Shown one piece after another: positions 1 to 9,255 of a stretch of DNA of 20,000 nucleotides. The position numbers were made by a program, and so were the translations under genes. This stretch comes from an uncultured virus (IMG/VR IMGVR_UViG_3300013004_000043) (taxonomy: Duplodnaviria > Heunggongvirae > Uroviricota > Caudoviricetes). Numbering within the stretch: the first letter of the stretch is position 1; the number at the start of each line of letters is the position of its first letter. The stretch covers positions 51,685-71,684 of the IMG/VR virus record IMGVR_UViG_3300013004_000043; one strand, 5' to 3'. The notes below the pieces were generated by a model. It had not been told where the DNA came from. It was given only the letters and a program-made list of their open reading frames with translations, and did no database searches.

Positions 1-549
1 CCGGTCACGACTGACATTATGCTTATCACTACGAGCAGCAATAGACGCATTATCTGCAGCTCTGGCTGCAGCTGTAGCCGCAAACCAAGCCCCGGTAACA
101 GTAGAACTCGAAACAGACGCTGCCCTAGCCGCCGCAATGGCAGCATCTGCATTTTTTTCGTTAAGCATCACCCGCCACGGACCGCCGAAACAAAAAATGT
201 CAGCTTCAGACTGAGCACGAGGAAGAACCGAGTTCCACATCCAATCTAAAAGCAACTCCAACCGTTCTTTTTCTTTTTTTCGACCTGTGCCAGCCGCTAG
301 AGGAAGCAAAGACTTCCATTGGCGGCTGTTTCGAATATATGCAGGTATCGCGTCTTGAATCGAAATAATCCAATGACCTATTACCTCGCTCATACAGGCT
401 GGAATGCCATCGTGCAATTCACCGGTCAAAGCTAGATTTATCGCCGCAATCGAGCACGCCGATTCATACGATCCAAGTCCCGCGCAAAGCTCCATGCCTT
501 GTACCTTATTTTCAATCGCCTTAAATTGGTCCTGTGTTAAATTTTTCAT
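1..549 (-). CDS. Conserved phage-type hypothetical protein with Ala-rich C-terminal part (3' end runs off the window; missing from the ORF track)
   Basis: Hand translation from the ATG at 549, which overlaps the polymerase TGA (ATGA), is open for 183 codons to position 1: MKNLTQDQFKAIENKVQGMELCAGLGSYESACSIAAINLALTGELHDGIPACMSEVIGHWIISIQDAIPAYIRNSRQWKSLLPLAAGTGRKKEKERLELLLDWMWNSVLP...NADAAIAAARAA... Confidence 0.85.
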   Translation of the reverse strand, partial: MKNLTQDQFKAIENKVQGMELCAGLGSYESACSIAAINLALTGELHDGIPACMSEVIGHWIISIQDAIPAYIRNSRQWKSLLPLAAGTGRKKEKERLELLLDWMWNSVLPRAQSEADIFCFGGPWRVMLNEKNADAAIAAARAASVSSSTVTGAWFAATAAARAADNASIAARSDKHNVSRDR

Positions 550-3500
550 TTTTTTCGCCTTTGTTCGTAAGGTGGTGGTGGGGTCATATCACGTTTAAGT
601 CTGGGTTTTGTGTTAAAAACCACGGACCTGTCGTCACCAGCTTTAGCCGGTTCACTGTAATGAAAAACGCAGCCTTCGACAATGCCCTGGCCCAACGGTA
701 AACCGTATTTTTTTGCTTCAGTATCCGTTACTTTCTCGCCCCAGTGCGTCATGACCTCACCTTCAATTCCAAGATAATAGGGTCCTGAACCTGTGGGCTC
801 ACCCTCCCTGTCGCCGGAAATGTAAGTTGGATAAATCGGAACTGATTTTCGCATGTAAGTCGGCAGCACGTACTCGCAAACATGTTTGACATATTTGTAC
901 GGCACCTCAAGCAAGATCGCATCGTGAACCTGCAGCAAAAGCCTGAACATATCGTGTCCTTGTTTTCGCTGCTTGTCGCGATAATCCATGATGTAGCCTA
1001 GCGCTCGGCTTACTACGGAAGCAATCATGCTTTGGATTGGAAAGTTCATGGCTTGTCGTTCAAACTCAGCTGCAAGATCACTTGCACCCGAGCTGTCTGG
1101 AAACCGTCTAAACCGTCCAAAGCAATTGCAAAGATATCGTGGCACTTCAACTGGTTGTTGATTTTCATCCAGGTAATAGCCGCGAGCTCTTTCCTTGCAA
1201 CCTTCAAAAAACGGAACAAGGGCTGGGTACGTGTTGAAGATAGTTTTAATTACGGCTTTAGCTTCATCTACCGTAATGTCAATACCTTCCTCTTTTGCGG
1301 CGATCGAGATAGCCTTGGCTCCTCGCCCGTAAGCAATACCGAAAATAACAGACTTGGCTACAATGCGTAGGTGTGTTTTTTCAATGGACTTAAGCCCTGT
1401 TTTAGTGGGGGCACACTTCAGCCTAAACGCATTAACAGCTACATTTGAATGTATGTCGTAAAAATCAGGATGATTCTCTGGTAGCTGATTACGCTTAGCA
1501 TGGTCAATCATGTTAACATCGCCAGCCATGACCGCCATTCCAAAAAGTTCAGCGCCGACATAGTCCGCCTCAACAAGCACATAACCTGGCGAGGCTTTCA
1601 ACAAGCTTCTTAGTTTGTATTTGTACCTAGATTTAAGCAGCCGTTTGAAGTCGTCGTCGCGTTTTTTGGATATATTTTGAAGATTAGGCCTGGCACTTGA
1701 CCATCGACCTGTTTCCTTAGTTTGATATATGTGCGTTCGTACTTTTCCGTCCGAGCAACAAGCCGCGGCTAGCCCTTTATCGTACTCCATGTTGCCGTCG
1801 TCGTCGTAACAAACTTCTTTAGTGTCCTCATCGATTGAGGGTGGCCGTAAAACCGTTTTTAACGCTTGATCCAGGAAACGATAATCTCGGATCAATCTAA
1901 GCAACGCTTGCTTATTTTCGTCCTTTATCTCCTGTGCAAGGATAGGAAGAATCTTATTGCTGGTAGACGGATTATGTTGGCTTTCGACTCCTTTTTGTCT
2001 GATCTCCTCCCATGGTTTAGGCGGTTTGCTTGTGTCGTAAAGCGGCATCAAATTCAACGATTTGGCGTCCGCAGGTCTAACCCTAACCGGTGCTCCAGTT
2101 TCTTTGTCTCGTTTGCCGTTTAGTTGGTGCCCAAACAAAGCTTCTCGAAGATGAACAAGAGACCTGATATTAAAATCAGGCCAGTTAAAACTCTTTCGAA
2201 TCTTTGCTTCGATTTCGTTTCTACCGTCTACAAATTGCACCGTCAAAAAGTCGACTCTGGCTTTATCGAGTGTTATGCCGTTTCGGTGAATATCCAAAAC
2301 AGCAGGCGTGGCTATTTGAGATTCCCAGAAAGCTTCACGGCAGCAGTTACCGTCGTAGTCGCTATCAAGCATGGGATTGAACTTGTAGTACAGCCTAAGT
2401 GTGACGTCCGCGTCCCACATGCCATAAGGTAAAAGCGTTTCGTTTGGACATTCGCCGTAACCTTCCAGCTCTTCAGACGACAGCCCGTGCTTTTTACAGT
2501 ACGTTGTTTTCCACTCCTGCAACGCCGTATCGTACCTTGGAGCGTTTAAGTAACGAGCTGCGAGCAGCTCAAGCTTGTATTGAGCTGTCTCCTCAATTGC
2601 GTGACACATAAGTCCCGTGTCTGCCCCGCCTTCGTACTTAGTTCGGTACCAAGCAGGAACAGTAGAACCAGGCTCAAAACCGTCAGCAAAATAGGCATTA
2701 AATAATGCCTTACTGCCTTTTGGTAGCTTGTCTAATTGCGGTAGCTCGAGATCGTAAAGCTTACATGAAAAACACTCCTGAATGTCAATACCGTATCCAA
2801 CTAGCCACTCCAAGTCAGCGTTAAAGAAATGCCCGACAACCCGCTTTCGTTTAAATTGTAAATCAAGCTTTTGTCCGTCTTCGCGTGTAACTGTTACCTT
2901 ACCACCTTTGAAAAAAGTAGTCAGAAGAGCAGCTATCTCTGGATCGTTTAAAACGTCCAGTTCCTCGTTTATCGCACCGCCTGCGTGATGCAGAATAATA
3001 CCGATAGCTTTTTTAGGTTTCCAAGCTAGCTGTATAGTTCGCATGTAGGAGCCTTTGTTAACCCCGTGCGAACCGTGCCATTCTGCGTCGACCGCAATAA
3101 CTTCTTCGATCGAAATGTACTCTTTATCTATTTCAGTCAAGTAGTAAATCAGCTCGTCAACTGTACTAACTACATTGTGCTGAACGGTCGTATCGAAGCT
3201 TACGTCTTTGCCGCTTGTGAGATTTACAAACGAAGCAATTCCAGTTTCTAAAGATCTAATTGCAGACTGATCTCTGATAGTTTGCCGTGGATGCACAACA
3301 GTCATCACGGCAGCTTCTGACCAGCTATCCGCTACGCTCTCTTTATCTAACGCTGTGTTGTATTTGTACTTGACGACTTTACCTAGCATTTCGTTGACGC
3401 CGTGTCCGTCGCCAAGAAGAGCCTTACTTGCGTCAGTTCCAAGACAAAGAATAAAATCCGGTCTAACTATTTTGATCTCGTGAGCAAGTAGATAAGCACC

Positions 3501-4049
3501 GTCTTTTACCCACTGCGCTCTAAACGTCGTTTTACCGTTTGGAGGCATAAACTTCACAAGATTGGTAACATAAATGCTACCAATGTTAGGAAGCTTAAAC
3601 TGCTCAAAAAGTTTGAGCAACATTAAGCCGTCTTCGTCCGCAAAGCACCGTTTTTGATTAAGGGCCGCACCCCATGGATTTTTGTTAATGATCATTATCT
3701 TGGCCGGTCGAGGGCCAGCAACGTCAGCCCCCCACAAGTGCCCAGGAAGAAACTTTACGTCTTTCGTTTGATGTGATGCTATTTCTACCGGCAAAACAAA
3801 CGAAGAGTCTCGCAAAGCACTGCGGATAAGCTCGTACATAAACGAGTCACTAGCGTCGCCTCTCGCTTCAGCGTGTTGTGTAAAAGCACTTCCACCGTAA
3901 AGCGTAGGTAGTTCCGGCGAATCTAAAGGATAAATTGCAGAACTAGTTCTAATTTCTGCTAACTTGTTCAGCTTGAATTGCTGTGACTTGACATTAGAAC
4001 GATTAAGAACGTTTACCGTCCCACCTAGTTTTTGTATTTTTCTAGCCAT
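546..4049 (-). CDS. polA: Family A DNA polymerase with 3'-5' exonuclease and N-terminal uracil-DNA glycosylase (family 4)-like domain (SPO1-type architecture)
   Basis: UDG-like segment (AKIMIINKNP, YVTNLVKFMPP, EIKIVRPDFILCLG, VVHP). Exo motifs VDAEW, HFFNADL, YGMWDA. Polymerase motifs TGRWSSARPNLQNI, A (EADYVGAEL), B (RIVAKSVIFGIAYG), ERQAMNFPIQS, C (LQVHDA). Confidence 0.95.
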   Translation of the reverse strand: MARKIQKLGGTVNVLNRSNVKSQQFKLNKLAEIRTSSAIYPLDSPELPTLYGGSAFTQHAEARGDASDSFMYELIRSALRDSSFVLPVEIASHQTKDVKFLPGHLWGADVAGPRPAKIMIINKNPWGAALNQKRCFADEDGLMLLKLFEQFKLPNIGSIYVTNLVKFMPPNGKTTFRAQWVKDGAYLLAHEIKIVRPDFILCLGTDASKALLGDGHGVNEMLGKVVKYKYNTALDKESVADSWSEAAVMTVVHPRQTIRDQSAIRSLETGIASFVNLTSGKDVSFDTTVQHNVVSTVDELIYYLTEIDKEYISIEEVIAVDAEWHGSHGVNKGSYMRTIQLAWKPKKAIGIILHHAGGAINEELDVLNDPEIAALLTTFFKGGKVTVTREDGQKLDLQFKRKRVVGHFFNADLEWLVGYGIDIQECFSCKLYDLELPQLDKLPKGSKALFNAYFADGFEPGSTVPAWYRTKYEGGADTGLMCHAIEETAQYKLELLAARYLNAPRYDTALQEWKTTYCKKHGLSSEELEGYGECPNETLLPYGMWDADVTLRLYYKFNPMLDSDYDGNCCREAFWESQIATPAVLDIHRNGITLDKARVDFLTVQFVDGRNEIEAKIRKSFNWPDFNIRSLVHLREALFGHQLNGKRDKETGAPVRVRPADAKSLNLMPLYDTSKPPKPWEEIRQKGVESQHNPSTSNKILPILAQEIKDENKQALLRLIRDYRFLDQALKTVLRPPSIDEDTKEVCYDDDGNMEYDKGLAAACCSDGKVRTHIYQTKETGRWSSARPNLQNISKKRDDDFKRLLKSRYKYKLRSLLKASPGYVLVEADYVGAELFGMAVMAGDVNMIDHAKRNQLPENHPDFYDIHSNVAVNAFRLKCAPTKTGLKSIEKTHLRIVAKSVIFGIAYGRGAKAISIAAKEEGIDITVDEAKAVIKTIFNTYPALVPFFEGCKERARGYYLDENQQPVEVPRYLCNCFGRFRRFPDSSGASDLAAEFERQAMNFPIQSMIASVVSRALGYIMDYRDKQRKQGHDMFRLLLQVHDAILLEVPYKYVKHVCEYVLPTYMRKSVPIYPTYISGDREGEPTGSGPYYLGIEGEVMTHWGEKVTDTEAKKYGLPLGQGIVEGCVFHYSEPAKAGDDRSVVFNTKPRLKRDMTPPPPYEQRRKK

Positions 4050-5142
4050 CTATCTTCTTCCAAGAAACTTTGACACCTTGTTTAGCCGCTTCACTGGCAA
4101 TGTAGTCGTAAAGAAAAGCTTGCTCAAAATCAGCCGGGTCGGTGTCGTCCGGCAACCATACCGAACAACAACCACCAGCTAATTCTGCTTTTAGCCGTTT
4201 TTCTGTTTCCATTAAATTTTCAAGTACTTTAGCTTTTTCTGCGTCTTTACGTACGTCTGGGTCGAGCAAAAATACAACGGAATGATTTTTAAAACTGGCT
4301 GCCAGCAGTTCAAACTGCTTTGTGGTAACAGACGCACCAAGTATTGCACCAAACGAGTCGCCGCCCCGCCAAACACTGGTAACACCCTCAACAACAATTC
4401 CGGTTTCACGTTTTCTCATGTTACCAAAATTATAAATTACTTGTCGTTTAGGTGTTCCTCTTGCGGTGTAGTATTTAGGAACGCTTGCCAGTTTCCAATC
4501 GATGTCAAAAGGAGCTCTAGCTTGAAATCCAACCATCTTTTTGTTCATGTAGATCGGAATAATTATACGTTTACGGCACAAAGCATGACTACTGTTTTCG
4601 CACCAGTGCACGTTATAATAAACACCAAGCTTTTTTACATCGAATCCACGAATACTAGTCAACCAAACAACAGCTTGGTGATCTTGAGGTAATTTGTCTA
4701 TTCGAACAACTTCTCCGGGCCAGCTCATTCTAAATGAATCAAGATCTACTTCTTTACCCTCTACGACTTCCGCTTTTGTTAAATCAAAAAGTTTATGCCC
4801 GGTAAGCATCACTTCAAGCCGATCGTAACATTCTTGTTTTTTTAGCGATAGCGGACAACCTGCGTTAAAACAAACAACAAGCCTGTTTTGTATTCTCTGA
4901 TACTCATCGACTGTTCCATATCTGTGATTAATCAAACATCGAAATCGCGTGTCGTTGCAAAACGGGCAGCAGACGGCGTAAGTCTCCCCCCAGTTTTGAA
5001 TGTCAACTGTTTCTTTGTTAGTTAAAAAATCAATGCGACGCTTTCGTTCTTGTTTCTCGCTTGAATTTCCTATTCTTACGTTTTTGAAAGTCGCTTTAAT
5101 TCTGTTGTAAAGAAGTAAATTTAAAGGTTTGTCTGCCATCAT
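4042..5142 (-). CDS. DNA primase (zinc-binding domain plus TOPRIM)
   Basis: Zinc ligands CPFC...H...CFNAGC; RIIIPI...GFQAR; TOPRIM VVEG, LLDPD (DxD) and DPAD; located between the replicative helicase and the polymerase. Confidence 0.9.
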   Translation of the reverse strand: MMADKPLNLLLYNRIKATFKNVRIGNSSEKQERKRRIDFLTNKETVDIQNWGETYAVCCPFCNDTRFRCLINHRYGTVDEYQRIQNRLVVCFNAGCPLSLKKQECYDRLEVMLTGHKLFDLTKAEVVEGKEVDLDSFRMSWPGEVVRIDKLPQDHQAVVWLTSIRGFDVKKLGVYYNVHWCENSSHALCRKRIIIPIYMNKKMVGFQARAPFDIDWKLASVPKYYTARGTPKRQVIYNFGNMRKRETGIVVEGVTSVWRGGDSFGAILGASVTTKQFELLAASFKNHSVVFLLDPDVRKDAEKAKVLENLMETEKRLKAELAGGCCSVWLPDDTDPADFEQAFLYDYIASEAAKQGVKVSWKKIDG

Positions 5143-6836
5143 GTCTGCTCTTGTGTTTCATTTGCTTCGTCATAGGAATTGTTAAAATCAAATTCGTCAT
5201 CGACATCAGAACCATCAGCTTCCGTATTTTCTTCAATACTTGGTATAAACCCATCAATCGGTGGTGCAACAATTTGACTGTCAGCAATACTTTCTTTTCG
5301 AACTATTCGACCAAGTCTGTCAATTGTGTAACCTTCGGGCGACGTCACAGTGTTAAATAGGCCATCTACTTTAAGAAGAACAGGATTGTGTTTTCCAGCT
5401 CGTCGCTGCTTAGAACAAGTAAGCTGACCCATGTAGTCGTCATTTAACCTACTACCTGCAAAACAGAAAGCGAAGTTTTCTCCGAAGCTTTTTGAACCTT
5501 TTGCCTGTGTGTGATCCATTCGTTTTGCTGGATTTAAGATAGCGTTGGCTTCGCCCGATAATTGATGAAAGGCCCAAACAGGGGTGTTAAAAGGCATAGC
5601 AATCCTGTTAACAAGGTTTAAGCCAGCTAGCTGATACAAAACGTCTTCCCTTTGTCTTTGCTTCGGGTCAACCGTCACATCTCGCTGTACCATCAAGCCT
5701 ACATAGTCCAAAATAACGGTAGCTACAAAATAATCAGGACCACATCGCTTTAATTCCGTTTTTATAGCCGAAGCTATCTCAGGAACACCGCGGTTTCCGG
5801 CAGTCTTGAACTTCTCGTGTCTACCGGTAAAGTCGAGGCAAACAGTGTGCTCGTTAACAATCGGCAAAACACGTTGGTACCTTTGCATTTCAGGTTCAAA
5901 TACACCGTTGGCAATCTGCTCCTTAAAAAGTACTTTTTCGTAATCGTTTGGTTGTTCTGGATCAGTGCCGAATATTGAAACACCGTTGGTTCCCATCACT
6001 TGCAATCGTGTGCGAGATATTTGAGCTGAGTACATCAGCAACCTATCTCGAAGTTCGTTTTGCAGTGGAGCCTCGTAGGAAACTAAAACAGCCAAACCTT
6101 TTTTACCGTTCGATTCACCGCTTAAAAACCTAGCAAAAGCTTGTTTCGCAGCCGCGTACCACAGCATTACAGCCAGCGTGGTCTTGTACGAACCAAACGG
6201 AGCTAAAATAGCGTACGCTTCACCCGGAGCCGTACCGCTGTCAAGAAACGTATCAAGAAAACCAATACCGCACGATGTCAAACTTACATTTGCACGCTGA
6301 TCCCAGCCGTCGGGCAAAGTTAAATTTCTACCGCCAGATATCGACAAGCCCATCAACGACTCAGTCTGTGCTGATGCTTGCTCGAAGATAGCAGGTAACT
6401 GCCCTATATCATCTAGGTCCCGTAGCTTGGCTATTGCAAGCTTCTTTTGCTGCTCGAGCAAAAACTTAGTCGCAAACTTGAAAGCAAACGATTCTGACTT
6501 TGAACTCTTTGGACCTTCTTGATCTTTAAACAAGTCAGGATCGAAGGCGTAGTAAAGAAAATCGTCTAGCTCGTCGTACTCTTCGGTATCTAGTTCCAAA
6601 AAGCCTTTTTCAATATAGCTAGCGACATCCGCATTAATCTGCGAAAGCTCAGGAAGACAGTTGTTTTCGTTAAAATAATCCCAAACCACTTTGTAAAGTA
6701 ACTGATACCCTACAAAATCAAAATGACCCGCAGTCAGGCTCGATCTGAAACTTTCAAATACCTGTTCGTTTCTGAACAGAATTGCCAGAAAAAGTTTCAA
6801 GTGAGCGTCTGACAGCGTCGATTGCTGCCCACTCAT
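5139..6836 (-). CDS. DnaB/SF4-like replicative helicase, divergent
   Basis: Walker A-like APFGSYKTT, H1a VSYE, Walker B VILDYVGLM, H3 AFHQL, KQR arginine finger-like motif, acidic C-terminal tail; ATGA overlap with the primase. Confidence 0.8.
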   Translation of the reverse strand: MSGQQSTLSDAHLKLFLAILFRNEQVFESFRSSLTAGHFDFVGYQLLYKVVWDYFNENNCLPELSQINADVASYIEKGFLELDTEEYDELDDFLYYAFDPDLFKDQEGPKSSKSESFAFKFATKFLLEQQKKLAIAKLRDLDDIGQLPAIFEQASAQTESLMGLSISGGRNLTLPDGWDQRANVSLTSCGIGFLDTFLDSGTAPGEAYAILAPFGSYKTTLAVMLWYAAAKQAFARFLSGESNGKKGLAVLVSYEAPLQNELRDRLLMYSAQISRTRLQVMGTNGVSIFGTDPEQPNDYEKVLFKEQIANGVFEPEMQRYQRVLPIVNEHTVCLDFTGRHEKFKTAGNRGVPEIASAIKTELKRCGPDYFVATVILDYVGLMVQRDVTVDPKQRQREDVLYQLAGLNLVNRIAMPFNTPVWAFHQLSGEANAILNPAKRMDHTQAKGSKSFGENFAFCFAGSRLNDDYMGQLTCSKQRRAGKHNPVLLKVDGLFNTVTSPEGYTIDRLGRIVRKESIADSQIVAPPIDGFIPSIEENTEADGSDVDDEFDFNNSYDEANETQEQT

Positions 6837-6847
6837 GACGATTTCCT

Positions 6848-7645
6848 TTAAGCGTCTCTGGCTGATTCAACCAAAGACAAAGCCAATTTTTTAAACCTTG
6901 AAGACAAACTAGCACCGTAAACCGAATTGTAAATTTCCGGAAAAACAGTGTAGTCAAAAGCCGCCAAAAATTCTAAATCGTCTGCGTACTGTTGCATACG
7001 CAAAAGAATAGAATCTAAGTTCACATCGGCTTTACGCTTGTCTTCTTCCGCTTGAAGTGTACTGACCGCTAAACAATAACGAAAAAGCGGCGATAACTCC
7101 AAACGAACATCAAGTAAAGAACAATATACAGCTGAAGCCATAGGCTGCCTAGCCCCTGCGGCTGCAGATGTTCGAAGAAGTATTTCAGTTTTTGCTCTGT
7201 GTGAATCCGCTATAAATTTTGCCTGCACACGTCTAAAAGCGTCTTTAGCAAAATCCGCGACGACTGTTGCGTTATTTTGAGATGCCAATTGCAAAACAGT
7301 CGGCGTTGGTAACGAACTAGATCGCAACGAATAAAACAAAATCCGCACGTATTCAATAGGTGTTTTAGGTTTTGAAATATCCGCCACCTTCTGATAAGCA
7401 ACCAACCACTGGTTCTTTTTTGGCTTTTCTTCTGGTGTGTTGTAACGGTTACCACCGTCCAAGCTTTTAGCTGGATTGTAAACTTGCGAGGCAGAACTGA
7501 GCCTACACAAATCCAAAACACGACGCTCAAGTACGTAAGTTTTCTTAAAAAGATCTACGTAGACTGGAATTTCCGGTTGGTCGCTGAAAGTGACGCAGGC
7601 AGGCCTAGCTGTCGCTGACGGTTTAGGCTGCTTTGAAAATGTCAT
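6848..7645 (-). CDS. Hypothetical protein in the replication operon (about 265 aa)
   Basis: Long ORF between the two helicases. The ATG at 7645 overlaps the SF2 helicase TGA (ATGA), so it is preferred over the track's start at 7690. No motif recognised. Confidence 0.8.
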   Translation of the reverse strand: MTFSKQPKPSATARPACVTFSDQPEIPVYVDLFKKTYVLERRVLDLCRLSSASQVYNPAKSLDGGNRYNTPEEKPKKNQWLVAYQKVADISKPKTPIEYVRILFYSLRSSSLPTPTVLQLASQNNATVVADFAKDAFRRVQAKFIADSHRAKTEILLRTSAAAGARQPMASAVYCSLLDVRLELSPLFRYCLAVSTLQAEEDKRKADVNLDSILLRMQQYADDLEFLAAFDYTVFPEIYNSVYGASLSSRFKKLALSLVESARDA

Positions 7646-9159
7646 TCGTATTCCTTCTCCAGCTGTGGATTTTGAAACTTCTGTCTCCAACCGTGTTTTC
7701 TGTAAACTTTCATACGACCTTTTGTGTGCCGATTAAAACCACTGTCCCAGCCGTCAAGATAGTCGTGAATAACACCGCTAGCTTTGCCTTCAGCGATGCG
7801 ACTAACGCGGCCTGGAATTTGCGTGCTGTCAATTTCACTGCTGCCGCCGTTTCCACGTATAAGTACAGCTAAGTTGTTAAACGAAACACCTACATTCCAA
7901 ACAGTCGTAGCAATCACTTTTTTCAATTGACCTTTTTCAAACTGCTGCGTGAGCATCTTCTTACGTGTAAAATCCATAAGCGGTTCTTCGGAACTACAAA
8001 ACCCTTGTTGCTTGTAGGCCTGGAGCTCTTGCGGTTCCAGCCCATTGTCAGCATACACCAAAGTAAACTCAGGCAACAGCTTTTTCAAATGAAAAGCGTG
8101 AATAATGGTATCTACCGTAATAAGTACTTGCGTATCTTTATCGTAGCTCCTGGCATCTTGTGCGATCAAAGCGTTGCGACCGTCGTTTTTCCACAAACCT
8201 GCACGTTTTCGTTTAACTTTTTCGTCCGTGTCTATACCGGCACAGGGATTGTAGTCCAGCTTTACGTTTGTCCAATGCACTTCAATAGGAACAACCAGTC
8301 CCGCCCCCTGGGAAGTCTGGTAATCCACACGATAAATTATCGGCCCAAATATTCCCTCTAATCGCAAATCCTTTCCATCAAATCGAGCATCGTGCGAAGC
8401 TGATAATCCGTAGTTTCGACTGTTTTGCCAGCGAATAAGCTCTTCTGAGGCGTTATCCGCTGCAAGTTCATGGCACTCGTCTCCGATAAGAATATCGGCG
8501 TCCGCCGGACTGTGCTTAAGCGAACCAGCCGTGTAACACATGACTCGTCGGTTTTTAACCTTGTGGCCGCCACCTACAATGCCGACGTCACCAACCATGG
8601 AAGTAAGCTCGTTGTAGATTCTATCACAAAGAACAGGCACACGCCTGGAAACGATATCAATCCTAGCTTTAGGAAAAACTGACGCAATAATTCCTATCAT
8701 AAACGATTTACCGAAACCAGGAGCACAGTCAATTCTACCGCAACTATTGTTGATGACTGCCTGCAAAAACTCAGGTTGATGTTCTCGTAACGTGTAATCT
8801 TTGATGTTCTGCATGTAAAGCTTGAATCGATCTGGCTTTTTTACCGTGGTAGTATCGACAAAGCTAACTTTGTAGCCCGCAGCTTTAAGTGTTTTAGATA
8901 TGGTTTTCCAAAAACCAAAAGGTGTGGCTATTCGTCCTTTATGATCTAGCTCAAACAAAGTGTGGTGGTCGATTGCAAATGGCTTTTGTCCGCTTCTTTT
9001 AGCCTCGTAAAGCTCTTTTCCAACAAGTTGCCTATACGAGTCGAAACTAAGCTTTGGCGACAATATAGCTTCTATTTTGTCATCTGGAATTAAAGGATCA
9101 ACAAGCAAAAAATTACCGTTTTTACGTAAAACAACTTCTTTAGCCATCATATAGCCCAT
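7642..9159 (-). CDS. Superfamily 2 DExH helicase (UvsW/ResIII-like)
   Basis: Q-motif LREHQ, Walker A APGFGKS, DECH, motif III GLSAS, motif V VGVS, motif VI QIPGRVSR. Start is probably 9159, 9150 or 9147; the track's 9222 lies inside a hairpin. Confidence 0.92.
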   Translation of the reverse strand: MGYMMAKEVVLRKNGNFLLVDPLIPDDKIEAILSPKLSFDSYRQLVGKELYEAKRSGQKPFAIDHHTLFELDHKGRIATPFGFWKTISKTLKAAGYKVSFVDTTTVKKPDRFKLYMQNIKDYTLREHQPEFLQAVINNSCGRIDCAPGFGKSFMIGIIASVFPKARIDIVSRRVPVLCDRIYNELTSMVGDVGIVGGGHKVKNRRVMCYTAGSLKHSPADADILIGDECHELAADNASEELIRWQNSRNYGLSASHDARFDGKDLRLEGIFGPIIYRVDYQTSQGAGLVVPIEVHWTNVKLDYNPCAGIDTDEKVKRKRAGLWKNDGRNALIAQDARSYDKDTQVLITVDTIIHAFHLKKLLPEFTLVYADNGLEPQELQAYKQQGFCSSEEPLMDFTRKKMLTQQFEKGQLKKVIATTVWNVGVSFNNLAVLIRGNGGSSEIDSTQIPGRVSRIAEGKASGVIHDYLDGWDSGFNRHTKGRMKVYRKHGWRQKFQNPQLEKEYE

Positions 9160-9217
9160 TGTAAACAAGAGATTTTCAAGTAGAATAGCTATAGCTGCGA
9201 CGACAGCGAAGCCAATT

Positions 9218-9253
9218 ACCATCTGAGCCTCACAACTCAGATGGTTTTTTTTT
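9218..9253 (+). terminator. Intrinsic terminator-like hairpin with its T-tract on the + strand
   Basis: Perfect 10-bp stem ACCATCTGAG (9218-9227) / CTCAGATGGT (9236-9245), 8-nt loop, T run 9245-9253. Confidence 0.6.
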
Positions 9254-9255
9254 GT

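Noticed and set aside
291..328. Hairpin CAGCCGCT...GGAAG/CTTCC...GGCGGCTG resembling a terminator
   Set aside because: It lies inside the minus-strand CDS 549-1 (encoding NSRQWKSLLPLAA) and has no good U-tract; probably incidental.
19..598. + strand ORFs 19-249 and 404-598
   Set aside because: Antisense shadows of the minus-strand gene starting at 549.
546..4049. Intein or intron in the long polymerase or helicase genes
   Set aside because: The extra length is explained by the UDG-like domain and short insertions; I saw no intein splice motifs, LAGLIDADG motifs or frame breaks.
9160..9222. Hydrophobic signal-peptide-like N-terminus on the SF2 helicase (MVIGFAVVAAIAILL...)
   Set aside because: Likely an artefact of the longest-ORF start, which sits inside the hairpin; downstream ATGs at 9159, 9150 or 9147 are more plausible.
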